A DNA stretch of 60,950 bases, counting the filler. It is 6 parts of 6 records of this genome, joined end to end, with 100 filler letters (N's around TTAATTAATTAA, not from the genome) between each part and the next. Parts side by side here need not be neighbours in the genome. Positions count along the whole stretch, not along the records: positions 25,694 to 41,189 come from SRR31147125_933; positions 41,290 to 48,831 come from SRR31147125_948; 4 more parts are not named here. One strand, written 5' to 3'. This document shows positions 32,358-42,573 of this stretch, piece after piece. The notes under the pieces were generated by a model. It made no database searches. It worked only from the letters and a program-made list of their open reading frames with translations, and was not told the origin of the DNA. Position 1 is the stretch's first letter; each line of letters begins with the position of its first letter. Made by a program: the position numbers and the translations under genes.

Positions 32358-32501
32358 TTAGAATTTACGTAATTTTTTTGCGCCTTCAGGAAGTTCAGGT
32401 TGATGGAAGAATAGCATACAACCCATGTTAGCGAATGCTACAGCTAGAAACAAAGCAAGTGCAGTTAAAGTGCTTAAAGATTTCATTTTTAAATTTTCCA
32501 T
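32358..32501 (-). CDS. agrD: AgrD-like cyclic thiolactone autoinducer precursor (predicted ring CMLFF)
   Basis: AGGAG RBS; MENLKMKSLSTLTALALFLAVAFANMG-CMLFF-HQPELPEGAKKLRKF; adjacent to agrB. Confidence 0.9.
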   Translation of the reverse strand: MENLKMKSLSTLTALALFLAVAFANMGCMLFFHQPELPEGAKKLRKF

Positions 32502-32535
32502 ACAATTTCTCCTATTTTTAATATTTATTAATGAA

Positions 32536-32600
32536 ATTATATCAAACATCAGAAATTGTAGTGTATGGGTGTTGTAAAAGACGTGATTTTTGTTGTGGAA
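32536..32600 (-). promoter_or_regulatory. Candidate LytTR (AgrA)-dependent promoter of agrD-agrB
   Basis: Minus strand TTCCACAAC-12nt-TTTTACAAC direct repeat (9-12-9) upstream of an extended -10 TGaTATAAT. Confidence 0.6.
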
Positions 32601-32608
32601 GAATCCTG

Positions 32609-33927
32609 TTAGCAATCATACAATAAAGCTTGTAACAAAAATGTATTTTTGTTGTAATCAATATTGATGTTTCCATTGTATTTTTTAGAAACAGACGAAA
32701 TATTTTTTAGGCCATAACCGCTAAATAATTTATCTTTTTTTAAGGTTAATATTTTGTTATCGCTGTCCACCTTAATTACGCCGTCGAATGAATTTATGAC
32801 GCTTAAGACTAAAACTTTTTTACTATTGTAGTTTATTTTTATATCTATTTTACGACTATTAGGGGGCAGCTTGCATGTTGCTAGTATTGAATTATCCAAA
32901 GCATTGTATAGAAGACTGTTAATATCAATATCTGCTATGGCGTTAAAAGTTTGCGGCACGTTTTCGCTGTAAGTAACATCGATATTTTTTGATTCGCATT
33001 GATTTAAAATATCGTTTAAAACTGTATCTACAATAATGTTTCCGCTTTTAGATAAAACTTTTATGTTTTTTGTTTGATTGGTTATTTGCTCAATATAGGA
33101 TTTTGCTTGATCATAATCTTTGCTTTCAATATGTCCATTTATTGTGCTAAGGTGATTGTTCATATCATGCTTTATAGAAACAATTTTTTTTGGTGCAGCT
33201 TAGCAAATTTCATTTGCTTTAAATAGGACTGGTTTTCTCTTTCTATTACGGCCTTATTCATGTTTTCTTTGTAAAATTCACCTATAATGTTATATAACCA
33301 AAAGAATATCAAATTTAATAGATACATTAATACAATTATTAGTGTGATTCTAAATTTATCGACACTACCATCTAATAACATAATAATAACTACATAAAGT
33401 GTAATAAGCGGTATAATTATAAGTGGTAATTTATATTTAACGCTTAGATCATCAGCATATCTTATATTGATTAAAGACTTTAAAATAAATGCAGAAATTA
33501 GGTATATTGAGTATTGGAATATGTATATATAAATTGGGTCGGAAGCGGCTAATGCAGATACACTGTTGTTCATTGCTGGTTTATAATTATCTACAATAGC
33601 AATAGAAACTGTCTCCATTAATGCAACAAAAACATAGCTTAAACATGTTACGCCAATAACCCCAAGAACTGATTTCAAACTAATATTTTTTAAATTATAA
33701 AATAGTCCTATTAAAATTAAAAAAAGCATGTTAGAAAACAAGTTAATAACAGTGCTGTTAAATACTAAATATAAAACATTATTTATAACAAATAAAGATG
33801 CGTATAAAATAAACTCTATATATTTGTTTCTTGCTTTATTTATATAAAAAATGTTCATGCATAGATACAATAAACGTATCGCTATGCCATATGCTAGTAT
33901 GTTTAATATAGTATGTACTAAATCCAT
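32609..33927 (-). CDS. agrC: AgrC-like GHKL histidine kinase (frameshift in A8 tract near 33185)
   Basis: Multi-TM N-terminus; restoring one A gives H-box IKHDMNNHL; LLYNALDNSI, SGYGLKNI. Confidence 0.85.
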
Positions 33928-33962
33928 ATCTTCCCTTTAAATGCGTTTATATATTGTGAAAA

Positions 33963-34670
33963 CTAAAGGTTTGCTCTCATAATCTCATACTCCATTTGTT
34001 TCTTCTTTTTAGGAGAAACAGGAATGATCTTATTATTAGCAAGCAAAAGCTCAAAACCTCTGTTTTCTATGACATAATTAAAGTTGACATAATATGCCCT
34101 GTGAGGCTGGATAAAGTTAACATCATCCAGAGCATCCATAACATCTTTCATGCTACTATAAAAGGTATCTATTCTATCAGTTGTAACTATTGTAACTTTT
34201 CTGTTTGCAATTTCAAAATAGACTATATCAGCTATTCTTACAAAATGTTGAACTTTGTTAATAGAATAAGAAAATAATTTTGAATTCAGGTTAAGATATT
34301 TAATAAGCTTACTAAACATTATTTCGAATTCTTTATTATTTACTGGCTTTTTTAAATAATTGAAAATCCTTATGTCTAAAGCTTCGTTATAATAATCGAT
34401 GCTTGAAGTTATATATACAATCTCGGTATGTATTGCGTTTAGATTTTTTCTAAGAATCTGTCCGGCTTTAATGCCATCCACTTCTCCCATAAATATATCT
34501 AAAAAAACAACATCAAAGTTGTTCCCAAGATTAATATCTTGTATAAGCTTTTCTGCTGAATGGTAGATATTTAATTCAATTGGTAAGTTCAGTTCGTTAC
34601 AGTATTCTACGACATATTGTTCTAATGTGATGCAGAAATTCTTATCATCATCACAAATTGCTATATTCAC
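33963..34670 (-). CDS. agrA: AgrA-like LytTR response regulator
   Basis: IAICDDD, VFLDIFM, YLKKP, FIQPHRAYYVN; GGAGG RBS before GTG 34670. Confidence 0.88.
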   Translation of the reverse strand: MNIAICDDDKNFCITLEQYVVEYCNELNLPIELNIYHSAEKLIQDINLGNNFDVVFLDIFMGEVDGIKAGQILRKNLNAIHTEIVYITSSIDYYNEALDIRIFNYLKKPVNNKEFEIMFSKLIKYLNLNSKLFSYSINKVQHFVRIADIVYFEIANRKVTIVTTDRIDTFYSSMKDVMDALDDVNFIQPHRAYYVNFNYVIENRGFELLLANNKIIPVSPKKKKQMEYEIMRANL

Positions 34671-34887
34671 TATGTACCTCCAGCAACTTATATATATATT
34701 CATTGCTTTTTTGAATAGATAATTTAGCCCTTTATTGGTCTATTGTACTATATTTCGATATAATTGTGAATGGTTTTTATATATTATAACAAGGAATACA
34801 TGCGAAACTTAGGGGAATTTGTACTTAGCAATACGTTTGTTAATAAAGACTTTTGTATGTATTAAATAGTTTATAACGTGTAATATT

Positions 34888-34920
34888 TTGGTACAAATAT
34901 AAAATAATATTTGTACCAAA
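34888..34920. repeat. Inverted repeat (terminator or operator) upstream of agrA
   Basis: TTGGTACAAATAT-aaaata-ATATTTGTACCAA. Confidence 0.6.
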
Positions 34921-34963
34921 TGTACTAAAGTACCAGTGTTTTTTATAGGCTGTGCTTAAAAGG

Positions 34964-35821
34964 CTATTCTTTGATGTTTGCAATTAAAATAAAGTTCATT
35001 ACGATTGCGAAAATTGTGGCAACAGTAAAAATAAATGTTTGTACAAGATCGATGTGGAATCCCGCAATATATTGATTAATAATCATGGCAAATATAGCTA
35101 AAAGTAAAGTTGCACCTTTGATCATCACTATTGAAGTAAGAAGATAACCTATGGGTTTTCTTTTTAAAATAAAAAGCCCGGAGATAAAGGTTATAGGTAT
35201 AACAAATCCAAGATCAAGACCTTGTATTACTAAAGTTGTATAGTGTTCAAGTTCATTTGGAGCATGACCTGTAAAGCCTGGCATTATCACCTTTAACCAC
35301 ATAAGCAATAGGAGTGTTGCTAATACAATTTGGAATATTCCAAAAAGTTTTATAGGGAATTTCTCAGAAAATCTGCTTGATAAATCATTTAAGCTGATAC
35401 TATTAAAAAGAAGGATAAAAGTAAAAAAGCTGAGTGACATTATTGCTACATAGAGTAAGAATAAATAGTTAAAACTCCATAAAAAAACATATGAGATAAA
35501 GGAGTATAGAAAATACCCCATAACTCCTGTAAGTAGAAGTCTAACTTTTATACTATTTTTTTTTAATAAAAATAGTAATATTATTAAAGCTGGCACACAG
35601 ATAAATAGCGTTACAGCATCTTGTGCTTTACCTTGCGCAACCAAGACTGCCGAATCATGTTTATAAATACCTCTGCCGTAAATCTCTATATCTTCACCAT
35701 ATATGCTTTTAAAGCTTGTTGTATCAGATGGAGAGTCAGAAAAAAGACCAACAATACAGGCGATACTGGATAAAATTACTATGAGTGTGGTTAAAATAAT
35801 GATGGTTTTTTTGTTTTTCAT
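34964..35821 (-). CDS. Conserved multi-TM hypothetical membrane protein
   Basis: About 8 TMs; YGRGIYKHDS, GKAQDAVTL, LVIQGLDLGFVIP. Confidence 0.75.
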   Translation of the reverse strand: MKNKKTIIILTTLIVILSSIACIVGLFSDSPSDTTSFKSIYGEDIEIYGRGIYKHDSAVLVAQGKAQDAVTLFICVPALIILLFLLKKNSIKVRLLLTGVMGYFLYSFISYVFLWSFNYLFLLYVAIMSLSFFTFILLFNSISLNDLSSRFSEKFPIKLFGIFQIVLATLLLLMWLKVIMPGFTGHAPNELEHYTTLVIQGLDLGFVIPITFISGLFILKRKPIGYLLTSIVMIKGATLLLAIFAMIINQYIAGFHIDLVQTFIFTVATIFAIVMNFILIANIKE

Positions 35822-35832
35822 AATCACTCCTT

Positions 35833-36691
35833 CTAATTAGAAATATCATTTATATACTGATACATATCTTTATATTTGTTTTTATTATCTTCACAGATAA
35901 AGTCTCCGGAGAGACCTGTATCATTGATGATTTTTTCAATATTGTATCCGTCTTTTAATATGCAAGAGCTAAAGCCTCTTGAACTAATGGCTTTTTTAGG
36001 GCAAGAGTATATACATTTCATACAGAATAAGCACTTGTAGGAAAAATTAATTTTCTGAGACATTTTAATATTGCCTACAGGACAGTTTTTTTCACATAAT
36101 CCGCATTTGTTACAATCATCGTTTGCATAAAGCGATATTGAAAAAAACTTGCTCCAACTTTGCCTTCAAAAAAACTAGAGGTATATGCTAGCGCTTTAAT
36201 TAAAATGCTGGGGTTGTTTAATCTTTTCTTTTGATTAATGATATCACTGACCATATGTGGAACTTTTTTTGTGCCGTTAAATAAAGCTGTTTGCTAAGTT
36301 TATCATCATATCCTACAAACCAATTTGAAGGCATGACTATTGTACGTTCATATAAAACTTGATTGTTTTTATGCTTTAATATTTTGATTATTTTATTTGA
36401 TGCGGCATTATTTAAGGAAGAATACCCGCCAGCCGTATTATACACAAATACTTTTTTGTCTTTGATATTTAGATTTTTCAACCAAGAGATCACGTTCTTT
36501 GGAGCAAAAAAGCCATAAATAGGGAAGCCGATTCCAATCATATCAAAACTATCTATAAAAATATCTTGATGTGAATCTGTAATGCTGTATACAGTAACCT
36601 CACTACCGTTAGCAATAAATTCATTTTCTAATAATTTTGTTACGGCTTTTGTGTTTCCTGTTCCCGAAAAATAAAACATTAGTAATTTCAT
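35833..36691 (-). CDS. EFR1-type flavodoxin-ferredoxin fusion (frameshifts near 36265 and 36170)
   Basis: YFSGTGNT, GFPIYGF, MPSNW, then CNKCGLCEKNCP and CLFCMKCIYSCP 4Fe-4S motifs. Confidence 0.8.
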
Positions 36692-36702
36692 GATTTTCTC
36701 CT

Positions 36703-37311
36703 TTATAAGTACTCAATTATTATTTTATCTACAATTTTTAAATCAAAATTCGTTGCAACAGGTTTCAGATTTTTTTTCACTCTTGTGTTTTCTATTATGT
36801 CAAACCCTATATTTAACAAAGTTTCTAATACTTCTTTTGTACTCATTTTGCTTACTTCAGAAACTACTTCTATGCAAAGTCCGTTTGTCATAACAGAAAG
36901 TTTTTTTATGAGTAATATAATATCGTCACGATTCAAACCGTCAAAGAGGGGATCTTGTTTCATTATTTCTATAGAAAAATCATCATCCTCAGTAATAAAG
37001 TCTGAAAGCAACATATCCATATAGAGTTGTTTATATTTGCTCGCAAAAATTATTGCTCCAATTCCAACGTTGATGAAAGGATAATCGGTATACTCTTGCT
37101 TCATTATTTTAGATAGAGTAATTTCTACTTGAATAGAGACTTCGTTTAATAACTGCTCTATACTTTCGAAATTAACATATATAGGAGCTATAGAACAGCC
37201 AAGTCTTTTAGCTATGTTCCTTATACTAATATTTTTAATGCCACTTTCAAGGGCAATATTTGTAGCCTCATTTATGATTGCATCTTTCGTTATTTTGACC
37301 TTTGGGGGCAT
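36703..37311 (-). CDS. TetR family regulator
   Basis: MPPKVKITKDAII..SIRNIAKRLGCSIAPIYVNF. Confidence 0.9.
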   Translation of the reverse strand: MPPKVKITKDAIINEATNIALESGIKNISIRNIAKRLGCSIAPIYVNFESIEQLLNEVSIQVEITLSKIMKQEYTDYPFINVGIGAIIFASKYKQLYMDMLLSDFITEDDDFSIEIMKQDPLFDGLNRDDIILLIKKLSVMTNGLCIEVVSEVSKMSTKEVLETLLNIGFDIIENTRVKKNLKPVATNFDLKIVDKIIIEYL

Positions 37312-37325
37312 AGTCTCTCCTTTAA

Positions 37326-37382
37326 ATATCAGATGATATATAACACGTGATATATAGTATAGCTATACTCCTTATTTGTCAA
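37326..37382 (-). promoter_or_regulatory. Promoter with tandem candidate TetR operators
   Basis: ATATCAGATGATAT (37326-37339) and ATAACACGTGATAT (37340-37353) just downstream of minus-strand TTGACA-17-TACTAT. Confidence 0.6.
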
Positions 37383-37398
37383 TATTGTATATAAGAAA

Positions 37399-37422
37399 AC
37401 AGCAAACAATATTGTTTGCTGT
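37399..37422. repeat. Perfect 24-bp palindrome, probable terminator
   Basis: ACAGCAAACAATATTGTTTGCTGT just after the stop of 37455-38039. Confidence 0.7.
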
Positions 37423-37454
37423 AGGACTATTATTCGATATAAAATTTGAAGAAT

Positions 37455-38039
37455 TTATTTTAGGACGTATTCTATTATAGATTTTAACTCAGAATAAATA
37501 TCATCAAAACCAAGGTCATCATTGTTTGCAAAGCATAGCGTAAGTAGACCGTGGATAGAATATAATACTGCTTTAGAAGCCTTTGCAATTTCAGCCTTTG
37601 TTTTGGTATTTGCCAAATGCTCAAAGGATTTTAAAAACTGCGATTGATATTCAGTAGTTTCTATGTAAGTAGTTGTAGTTTTGGATTCCTTGTTTAACGG
37701 ATAAAAATATAAAAAATAATACACGTCAGGGTTACTTAAATAATAAGTTACATATGTTTTAAAAATATCATAAACATCATCGTTGCTTTTAACTTGATGG
37801 ACAGAATTTTTCTCTACATATTCTCCAATTTCGTCAATAAATAAACTCCTAGTCATCCATAAAAGCTCATCCAAATTTTCAAAATGATTATAGATGGTTG
37901 CATAAGCATACCCTGCCTCAGCGGCGATTTTTCTTATAGTGATATCTTTTATACCACTTTTAAGGATTATCTCTTTTGCGGTTTCCGCCAAATATAATCT
38001 TAGCCTTTGAGATTTTTTGTTTATTTTATCATTTTCCAA
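37455..38039 (-). CDS. TetR family regulator
   Basis: ITIRKIAAEAGYAYATIYNHFENLDEL. Confidence 0.9.
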   Translation of the reverse strand: MENDKINKKSQRLRLYLAETAKEIILKSGIKDITIRKIAAEAGYAYATIYNHFENLDELLWMTRSLFIDEIGEYVEKNSVHQVKSNDDVYDIFKTYVTYYLSNPDVYYFLYFYPLNKESKTTTTYIETTEYQSQFLKSFEHLANTKTKAEIAKASKAVLYSIHGLLTLCFANNDDLGFDDIYSELKSIIEYVLK

Positions 38040-38088
38040 AGTTAGTTCCTCAGTTATATTAAATTCTAGTTGTATAGAATGGATTATA

Positions 38089-38565
38089 TCATATCTGTGG
38101 TTTGCTATTCAAATGATTCGCAAACTCAACTGCTTTTTCTACTTCGCCTTTTTTTAATGGGCCTTTAGAGCTTGAGACATAGAATTTTTTGCTCGCGGTT
38201 ATCTTTAAGTTCTTTTTCTCTAAAATTTTAATTAGAGTATCGTTTGAATACTTGAAAAGTTTAACTAAAAACGATATACATTTGCCAAGATCTAGCGGAG
38301 GTGTATTTGTATCATACACTGCAAAGACTGTGTTGGCTAAATTACTAGGCAATGATAAAACAAAATCCATTATTAGTTTTGTTGGCATAAAAGATATTGT
38401 TGGTGAACCAACAACTACTAAATTATAGGATTCAATGCTTTCTATTGGCTTTGAGTTTATTTTTACAAGATCAACTTGGTTATCGCTCTTTAATGCGTCA
38501 GCAATAGTTTTTGCAATTGTTGCTCCGTTTCCATAATGCGAATCATATATGACTAAAATATTCAT
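38089..38565 (-). CDS. Flavodoxin family protein
   Basis: IYDSHYGNGATIA, VVGSPT, GPLKKGEVEKAVEFA. Confidence 0.85.
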   Translation of the reverse strand: MNILVIYDSHYGNGATIAKTIADALKSDNQVDLVKINSKPIESIESYNLVVVGSPTISFMPTKLIMDFVLSLPSNLANTVFAVYDTNTPPLDLGKCISFLVKLFKYSNDTLIKILEKKNLKITASKKFYVSSSKGPLKKGEVEKAVEFANHLNSKPQI

Positions 38566-38574
38566 TTTGTTCTC

Positions 38575-39276
38575 CTATGTAGTTATTGTTTTAAGGTTTT
38601 TTCTAAAATCAGCTATCATTAAAATGTACCAAATTAAATAAAATGGTCCAGCTAAATAAAGTAAAATAGCCGCAAGTTGTGGGAAACTGTAATGTACAAG
38701 GTGGTTAACAAGGTCAAAACCATTACATACTAGTCCAGATAGTATTGTGAACTTGCTAAATTTATTGCTGCTTATCATAGCAATACAAATAAGAACGCCA
38801 CCGCCCTGCATTAGTATGCCAGAAAAAAAAGAGCTTGTGGAATTCCACATGTTTTTGGCGATTACTGCTTCTCCTGCAGCCAAAAGTTGAGACTTAACCA
38901 TTGGATCAGACGTGTTATAATATTGCTTGCTTAAATGCATCATAGAAAAATTGGATTGCGAAGATATCATAATGATAATGGATATTACAATGAAAATTGT
39001 TGCATATAAAGATAATGCGAATCTATGATCTTTTAGTAGTAAGAACATGGCTATTGAACTAAATATATACATAAAAATCAAAGCCATATTATATGAATCA
39101 TCCTTTAAAAGTCCAATAAGTTCACTTTCATTAAAAGATTCAAAAGACTCTAAAGCACTTTCTGGAGGGACACCTAATACTACACTTATAATTACTCCCG
39201 CTACAAGCATAACAATTTGAAAAATAACACCTACTATTGCAAGATTTAGTAGTGGTACAAGTTTTACATTGCTCAT
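38575..39276 (-). CDS. Multi-TM membrane protein (DUF4386-like)
   Basis: Hydrophobic ORF with SMMHLSKQY..QLLAAGEAVIA. Confidence 0.6.
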   Translation of the reverse strand: MSNVKLVPLLNLAIVGVIFQIVMLVAGVIISVVLGVPPESALESFESFNESELIGLLKDDSYNMALIFMYIFSSIAMFLLLKDHRFALSLYATIFIVISIIIMISSQSNFSMMHLSKQYYNTSDPMVKSQLLAAGEAVIAKNMWNSTSSFFSGILMQGGGVLICIAMISSNKFSKFTILSGLVCNGFDLVNHLVHYSFPQLAAILLYLAGPFYLIWYILMIADFRKNLKTITT

Positions 39277-39313
39277 AATTTTCTCCTTTACAAAATTGAT
39301 GCGTTGATATATA

Positions 39314-39334
39314 ATTTATATCATTGATATAAAT
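39314..39334. promoter_or_regulatory. Palindromic candidate operator in a divergent promoter region
   Basis: ATTTATATCA-T-TGATATAAAT. Confidence 0.5.
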
Positions 39335-39390
39335 ATTACAATATTATTATTGTTTTGTCAATGCAAGTATTAAGATATATGGAGGAAGTT

Positions 39391-39783
39391 ATGAAAAAAA
39401 TTATTCTAATAAGTGTAATAGCGCTTATTGTAGCTGGGGCAGTATTTGGCGTAATAATGGCGAAAAAAACAAAAGAGCTTGATAAATTTATGGATGATTT
39501 GATTTTAGAGGAAGTTGATTTAAGTCATTTGAAAGACGGAACATATTTTGGAGAAGCTAATGCAGGAATCATTGTGGTATTGGTCAGTGTTGAAATTAAG
39601 GATAATCAAATAGAACATGTGGAAATAGTTAAACACAAAAATGGTAAAGGTGATGCTGCTGATATTATTGTTAAGAGTATTGAACAAGAAGATAAGATAT
39701 TGGTTGATGCAGTCTCTGGGGCTACCTTGAGTAGTAATGTGATAAAAAAGGCTGTGCAAAATGCCCTTGAAAATAGCAATTAA
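39391..39783 (+). CDS. FMN-binding domain protein
   Basis: DGTYFGE, VDAVSGATLSS flavinylation motif. Confidence 0.88.
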   Translation: MKKIILISVIALIVAGAVFGVIMAKKTKELDKFMDDLILEEVDLSHLKDGTYFGEANAGIIVVLVSVEIKDNQIEHVEIVKHKNGKGDAADIIVKSIEQEDKILVDAVSGATLSSNVIKKAVQNALENSN

Positions 39784-39811
39784 AAAGAGCTTAAACTTTA
39801 CGTATTTTTGT

Positions 39812-40423
39812 TTATTGTAAAAGAAAATCTATACTAGAACTGATATTTCCTTCGAATTCTTTTTTAGAAAAGTCATTATCAAATACATAAAGTATCATAT
39901 CGAAGAATAGTTCGCTATATATTAGCTTTGCTAATTGCTTTGTATCTTTACTAGCATGAATAAGCTCTGCTGTCTTGAGCGTATCAATTACATGCTCAAG
40001 TTTAATAATTGCAAATTTATCAACATTTATTGCCTTTTCAATTAGCTTTCGTCTTTTAGAAAGTGATAAAAAGGCAATACCAAAATCCTTAAGAAGCGAG
40101 TTTGGTATTTTTAGAATGGATGAGACAGTACTCATTATATAATCATAAATAACGTCTTTTGCCGAAGTAACGTTTTGTATATCGATATCTGATTGAATAT
40201 CTTTTTTATCAATTTTGTTAAAAATAATCTCCAATAGAATATCGGCTTTAGTAGGGAAATAATTAAACAATGTTCCAGCACCAATCGAAGCTCTTTTAGC
40301 AATCTCTTTTGTACTGGTATTATCGTATCCATTTTGCAAAAACAATTCTTTCGAAATACTAATTATTTTGTTTCTTACTTCATTTTTCTTTTGTTCGCGT
40401 AAACCTGACATTTTATTCTCCAT
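39812..40423 (-). CDS. TetR family regulator
   Basis: LREQKK..LFLQNGYDNTSTKEIAKRASIGAGTLFNYFPTK. Confidence 0.9.
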   Translation of the reverse strand: MENKMSGLREQKKNEVRNKIISISKELFLQNGYDNTSTKEIAKRASIGAGTLFNYFPTKADILLEIIFNKIDKKDIQSDIDIQNVTSAKDVIYDYIMSTVSSILKIPNSLLKDFGIAFLSLSKRRKLIEKAINVDKFAIIKLEHVIDTLKTAELIHASKDTKQLAKLIYSELFFDMILYVFDNDFSKKEFEGNISSSIDFLLQ

Positions 40424-40454
40424 AAGTATTAATACTTCAAGTTTAACATTAAAT

Positions 40455-40534
40455 ATGAGTGTGGTCAACTTTTCTATTGACATGCATTGGTTAAAGGTGT
40501 ATATTATGAGTGTGGTCATAAATGAGCGTGGTCA
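40455..40534 (+). promoter_or_regulatory. Three candidate TetR operators around a SigA promoter
   Basis: ATGAG(T/C)GTGGTCA at 40455, 40506 and 40522; TTGACA(40477)-17-TATATT. Confidence 0.7.
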
Positions 40535-40557
40535 AAATTATTTTTAGAGGTGAATCA

Positions 40558-41154
40558 ATGAAAATATTAAGAGATGGACCGCAAACGTGCGGTAAACAGG
40601 ACTGTGATAGTTGTAACTTAAATAATGAAATTATGTGTAGGTACGGGAAAAAGGATAGCGTGCTTTTCTTAACTCTATTATTGCCTTTCTTTACGCTTTT
40701 TATTATTGGGGCGATTAAAGCAAGTATGGTATTGAGTCTGCTTTTGTGGTTTGTATGTAGTTTCATTTTTTTTGTTATAATAGAGCCAATTATATTATGC
40801 AGATATTGTCCATATTGGGGCATGGAAGGTAAAACTTTAAAGTGCCATGCAAATTACGGTGTATTTAAGCTTTATAAGTATAAACCAGAAAAAGCACCAA
40901 GAATTATGAAAATACTATTTGCAATTTTTGCTTTAACTCTCATGATGTCTCCAGTTGCTATATTGTTAATAGGTGGCGAATATATTTTAGCTTCTATTGG
41001 GGCAGTTAATATCGTATCTGCAATATATATTTGTAAAAGATGTGTATGTACTAAATGTATTAACTTTTCATGTATTATGAATTCAATGGACGAAGAGCTA
41101 AAAGCAAAATACTTTGAGAAGAATGACGAGCTACGAAAAGGTTATGAAAAATAA
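40558..41154 (+). CDS. Cys-rich four-TM hypothetical protein
   Basis: CxxxxCxxC..C N-terminus, LCRYCPYW, CKRCVCTKCINFSCIMN. Confidence 0.7.
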   Translation: MKILRDGPQTCGKQDCDSCNLNNEIMCRYGKKDSVLFLTLLLPFFTLFIIGAIKASMVLSLLLWFVCSFIFFVIIEPIILCRYCPYWGMEGKTLKCHANYGVFKLYKYKPEKAPRIMKILFAIFALTLMMSPVAILLIGGEYILASIGAVNIVSAIYICKRCVCTKCINFSCIMNSMDEELKAKYFEKNDELRKGYEK

Positions 41155-41189
41155 TCATAACCTCAGCCTGCCGATTCACGGGGAGAATC

Positions 41190-41289
41190 NNNNNNNNNNN
41201 NNNNNNNNNNNNNNNNNNNNNNNNNNNNNNNNNTTAATTAATTAANNNNNNNNNNNNNNNNNNNNNNNNNNNNNNNNNNNNNNNNNNNN
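41190..41289. other. Artificial contig spacer
   Basis: N-run with TTAATTAATTAA. Confidence 0.98.
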
Positions 41290-41662
41290 GGGGGTTGTTC
41301 AAAAGATTTTTACAAAAATCGCTAGAAATTATCATTGGGGGATCTGGATTTCAGCAGCAATTTTTAGTGCTTTTCACATGCAATTTTTAGGCTTTATACC
41401 TCGAATGCTTCTTGGTGCATTATTTGGCTATATGCTTGTTTGGAGTGGCTCAATGTGGTTGCCAATATTAGGTCACTTCATTAATAATCTAATTGGGGTA
41501 CTTGCTCTTCATGCTCAGAATCTGGAAAATGAAAGTACTTCTAAAATGGGTGAATTTGTTGAAAATATGCCTGTTCACTGGGGCCTTGCGCTATTTAGCC
41601 TGGCTCTTTCCATTCTATTGCTGATTGCACTTAAAAATGAATCAAAAAACAAGGTTAGTTAA
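41290..41662 (+). CDS. CPBP (CAAX/Abi) intramembrane protease, C-terminal fragment
   Basis: IFSAFHMQFLGFIPRMLLG..SMWLPILGHFINN. Confidence 0.85.
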
Positions 41663-42389
41663 AAATCAGGTTTGTTTGGAGTTTCTCAGCCTCCATCTTT
41701 TTTTGCTCAGAAGCCCTGTATACATAAGTAACACCATACTCTTGTGTTTTTTCCCTAAGCTCATCAAGAGAAAGTGTACCAAAGCTATCTTCAACCTCAT
41801 TCCAAATTTGTTGAATCAAAGCATCAGCCCTATCGCGCATCTCCTGCATCTTAATTGAAGCACGTTTGTTAATATTCTCTAAATTAATCATGAAACGATA
41901 AGCATCCTGAAATGATTCAAAGTGAACTTTGACCAATGCTATTGACGGACTGTATATTGGGCTTCCGCCATGCATACAACGCTTCTTCTCCCCCTCCATA
42001 ATTCGTTCGCCCCAAGCTAAAACATCCTTCTCAAGATTAAGTGAAGGTACATTTAGAGAATTTATATTTAACCCATAAAATTCACGTACTTCAGGTTTCA
42101 TTTCTTCTCGCATAATTGCAAAATTCAAAACCTGTATAAAGTGAGAAATATAAAGTTTCGCCTTTTTAAAAATTACCCCATATTCGTTTGAATGATCAAA
42201 CTGGTTTTGCTTGGATGCCTTGAGACCTCTCATGGCTCCTGAGAAATGTGGATAAAGGGTTTGCAATTTCTCAAGACTTAACTGGCTAAATGCCAACTCT
42301 GAAATCGCAGTACGTTTTCCTTTTTCAAGAGCAAATTCTATTGCACGCATTCGTGCCTGATCAGTATTTGGCAACCTCCTATAAGGCAT
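41655..42389 (-). CDS. Conserved Bacteroidota hypothetical protein
   Basis: MPYRRLPNTDQARMRA..LYISHFIQVLN..PIYSPSIALVKV..YGVTYVYR. Confidence 0.75.
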   Translation of the reverse strand: MPYRRLPNTDQARMRAIEFALEKGKRTAISELAFSQLSLEKLQTLYPHFSGAMRGLKASKQNQFDHSNEYGVIFKKAKLYISHFIQVLNFAIMREEMKPEVREFYGLNINSLNVPSLNLEKDVLAWGERIMEGEKKRCMHGGSPIYSPSIALVKVHFESFQDAYRFMINLENINKRASIKMQEMRDRADALIQQIWNEVEDSFGTLSLDELREKTQEYGVTYVYRASEQKKMEAEKLQTNLIFN

Positions 42390-42573
42390 GGGTAATAAAC
42401 TTTTTGATTTATACGAAGATACTAAATCACATTCTCCGATTGGTCTATTCGCATTAAAACTAATCAACAACCAACTGTTTAAAAAGCCAATAAACCCGGG
42501 CTATTCGCCTAAAAAAAGAAACCTGATCATAAGATATGAACAGGTTTATGAATATTTATCCAATAATTATTTT

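Noticed and set aside
33180..33195. Phase-variable inactivation of agrC at an A8 tract
   Set aside because: Indistinguishable from the many other homopolymer errors in this window without reads
41155..41189. GC-rich stretch at the contig end, possible IS or intron terminus
   Set aside because: Too short to assign
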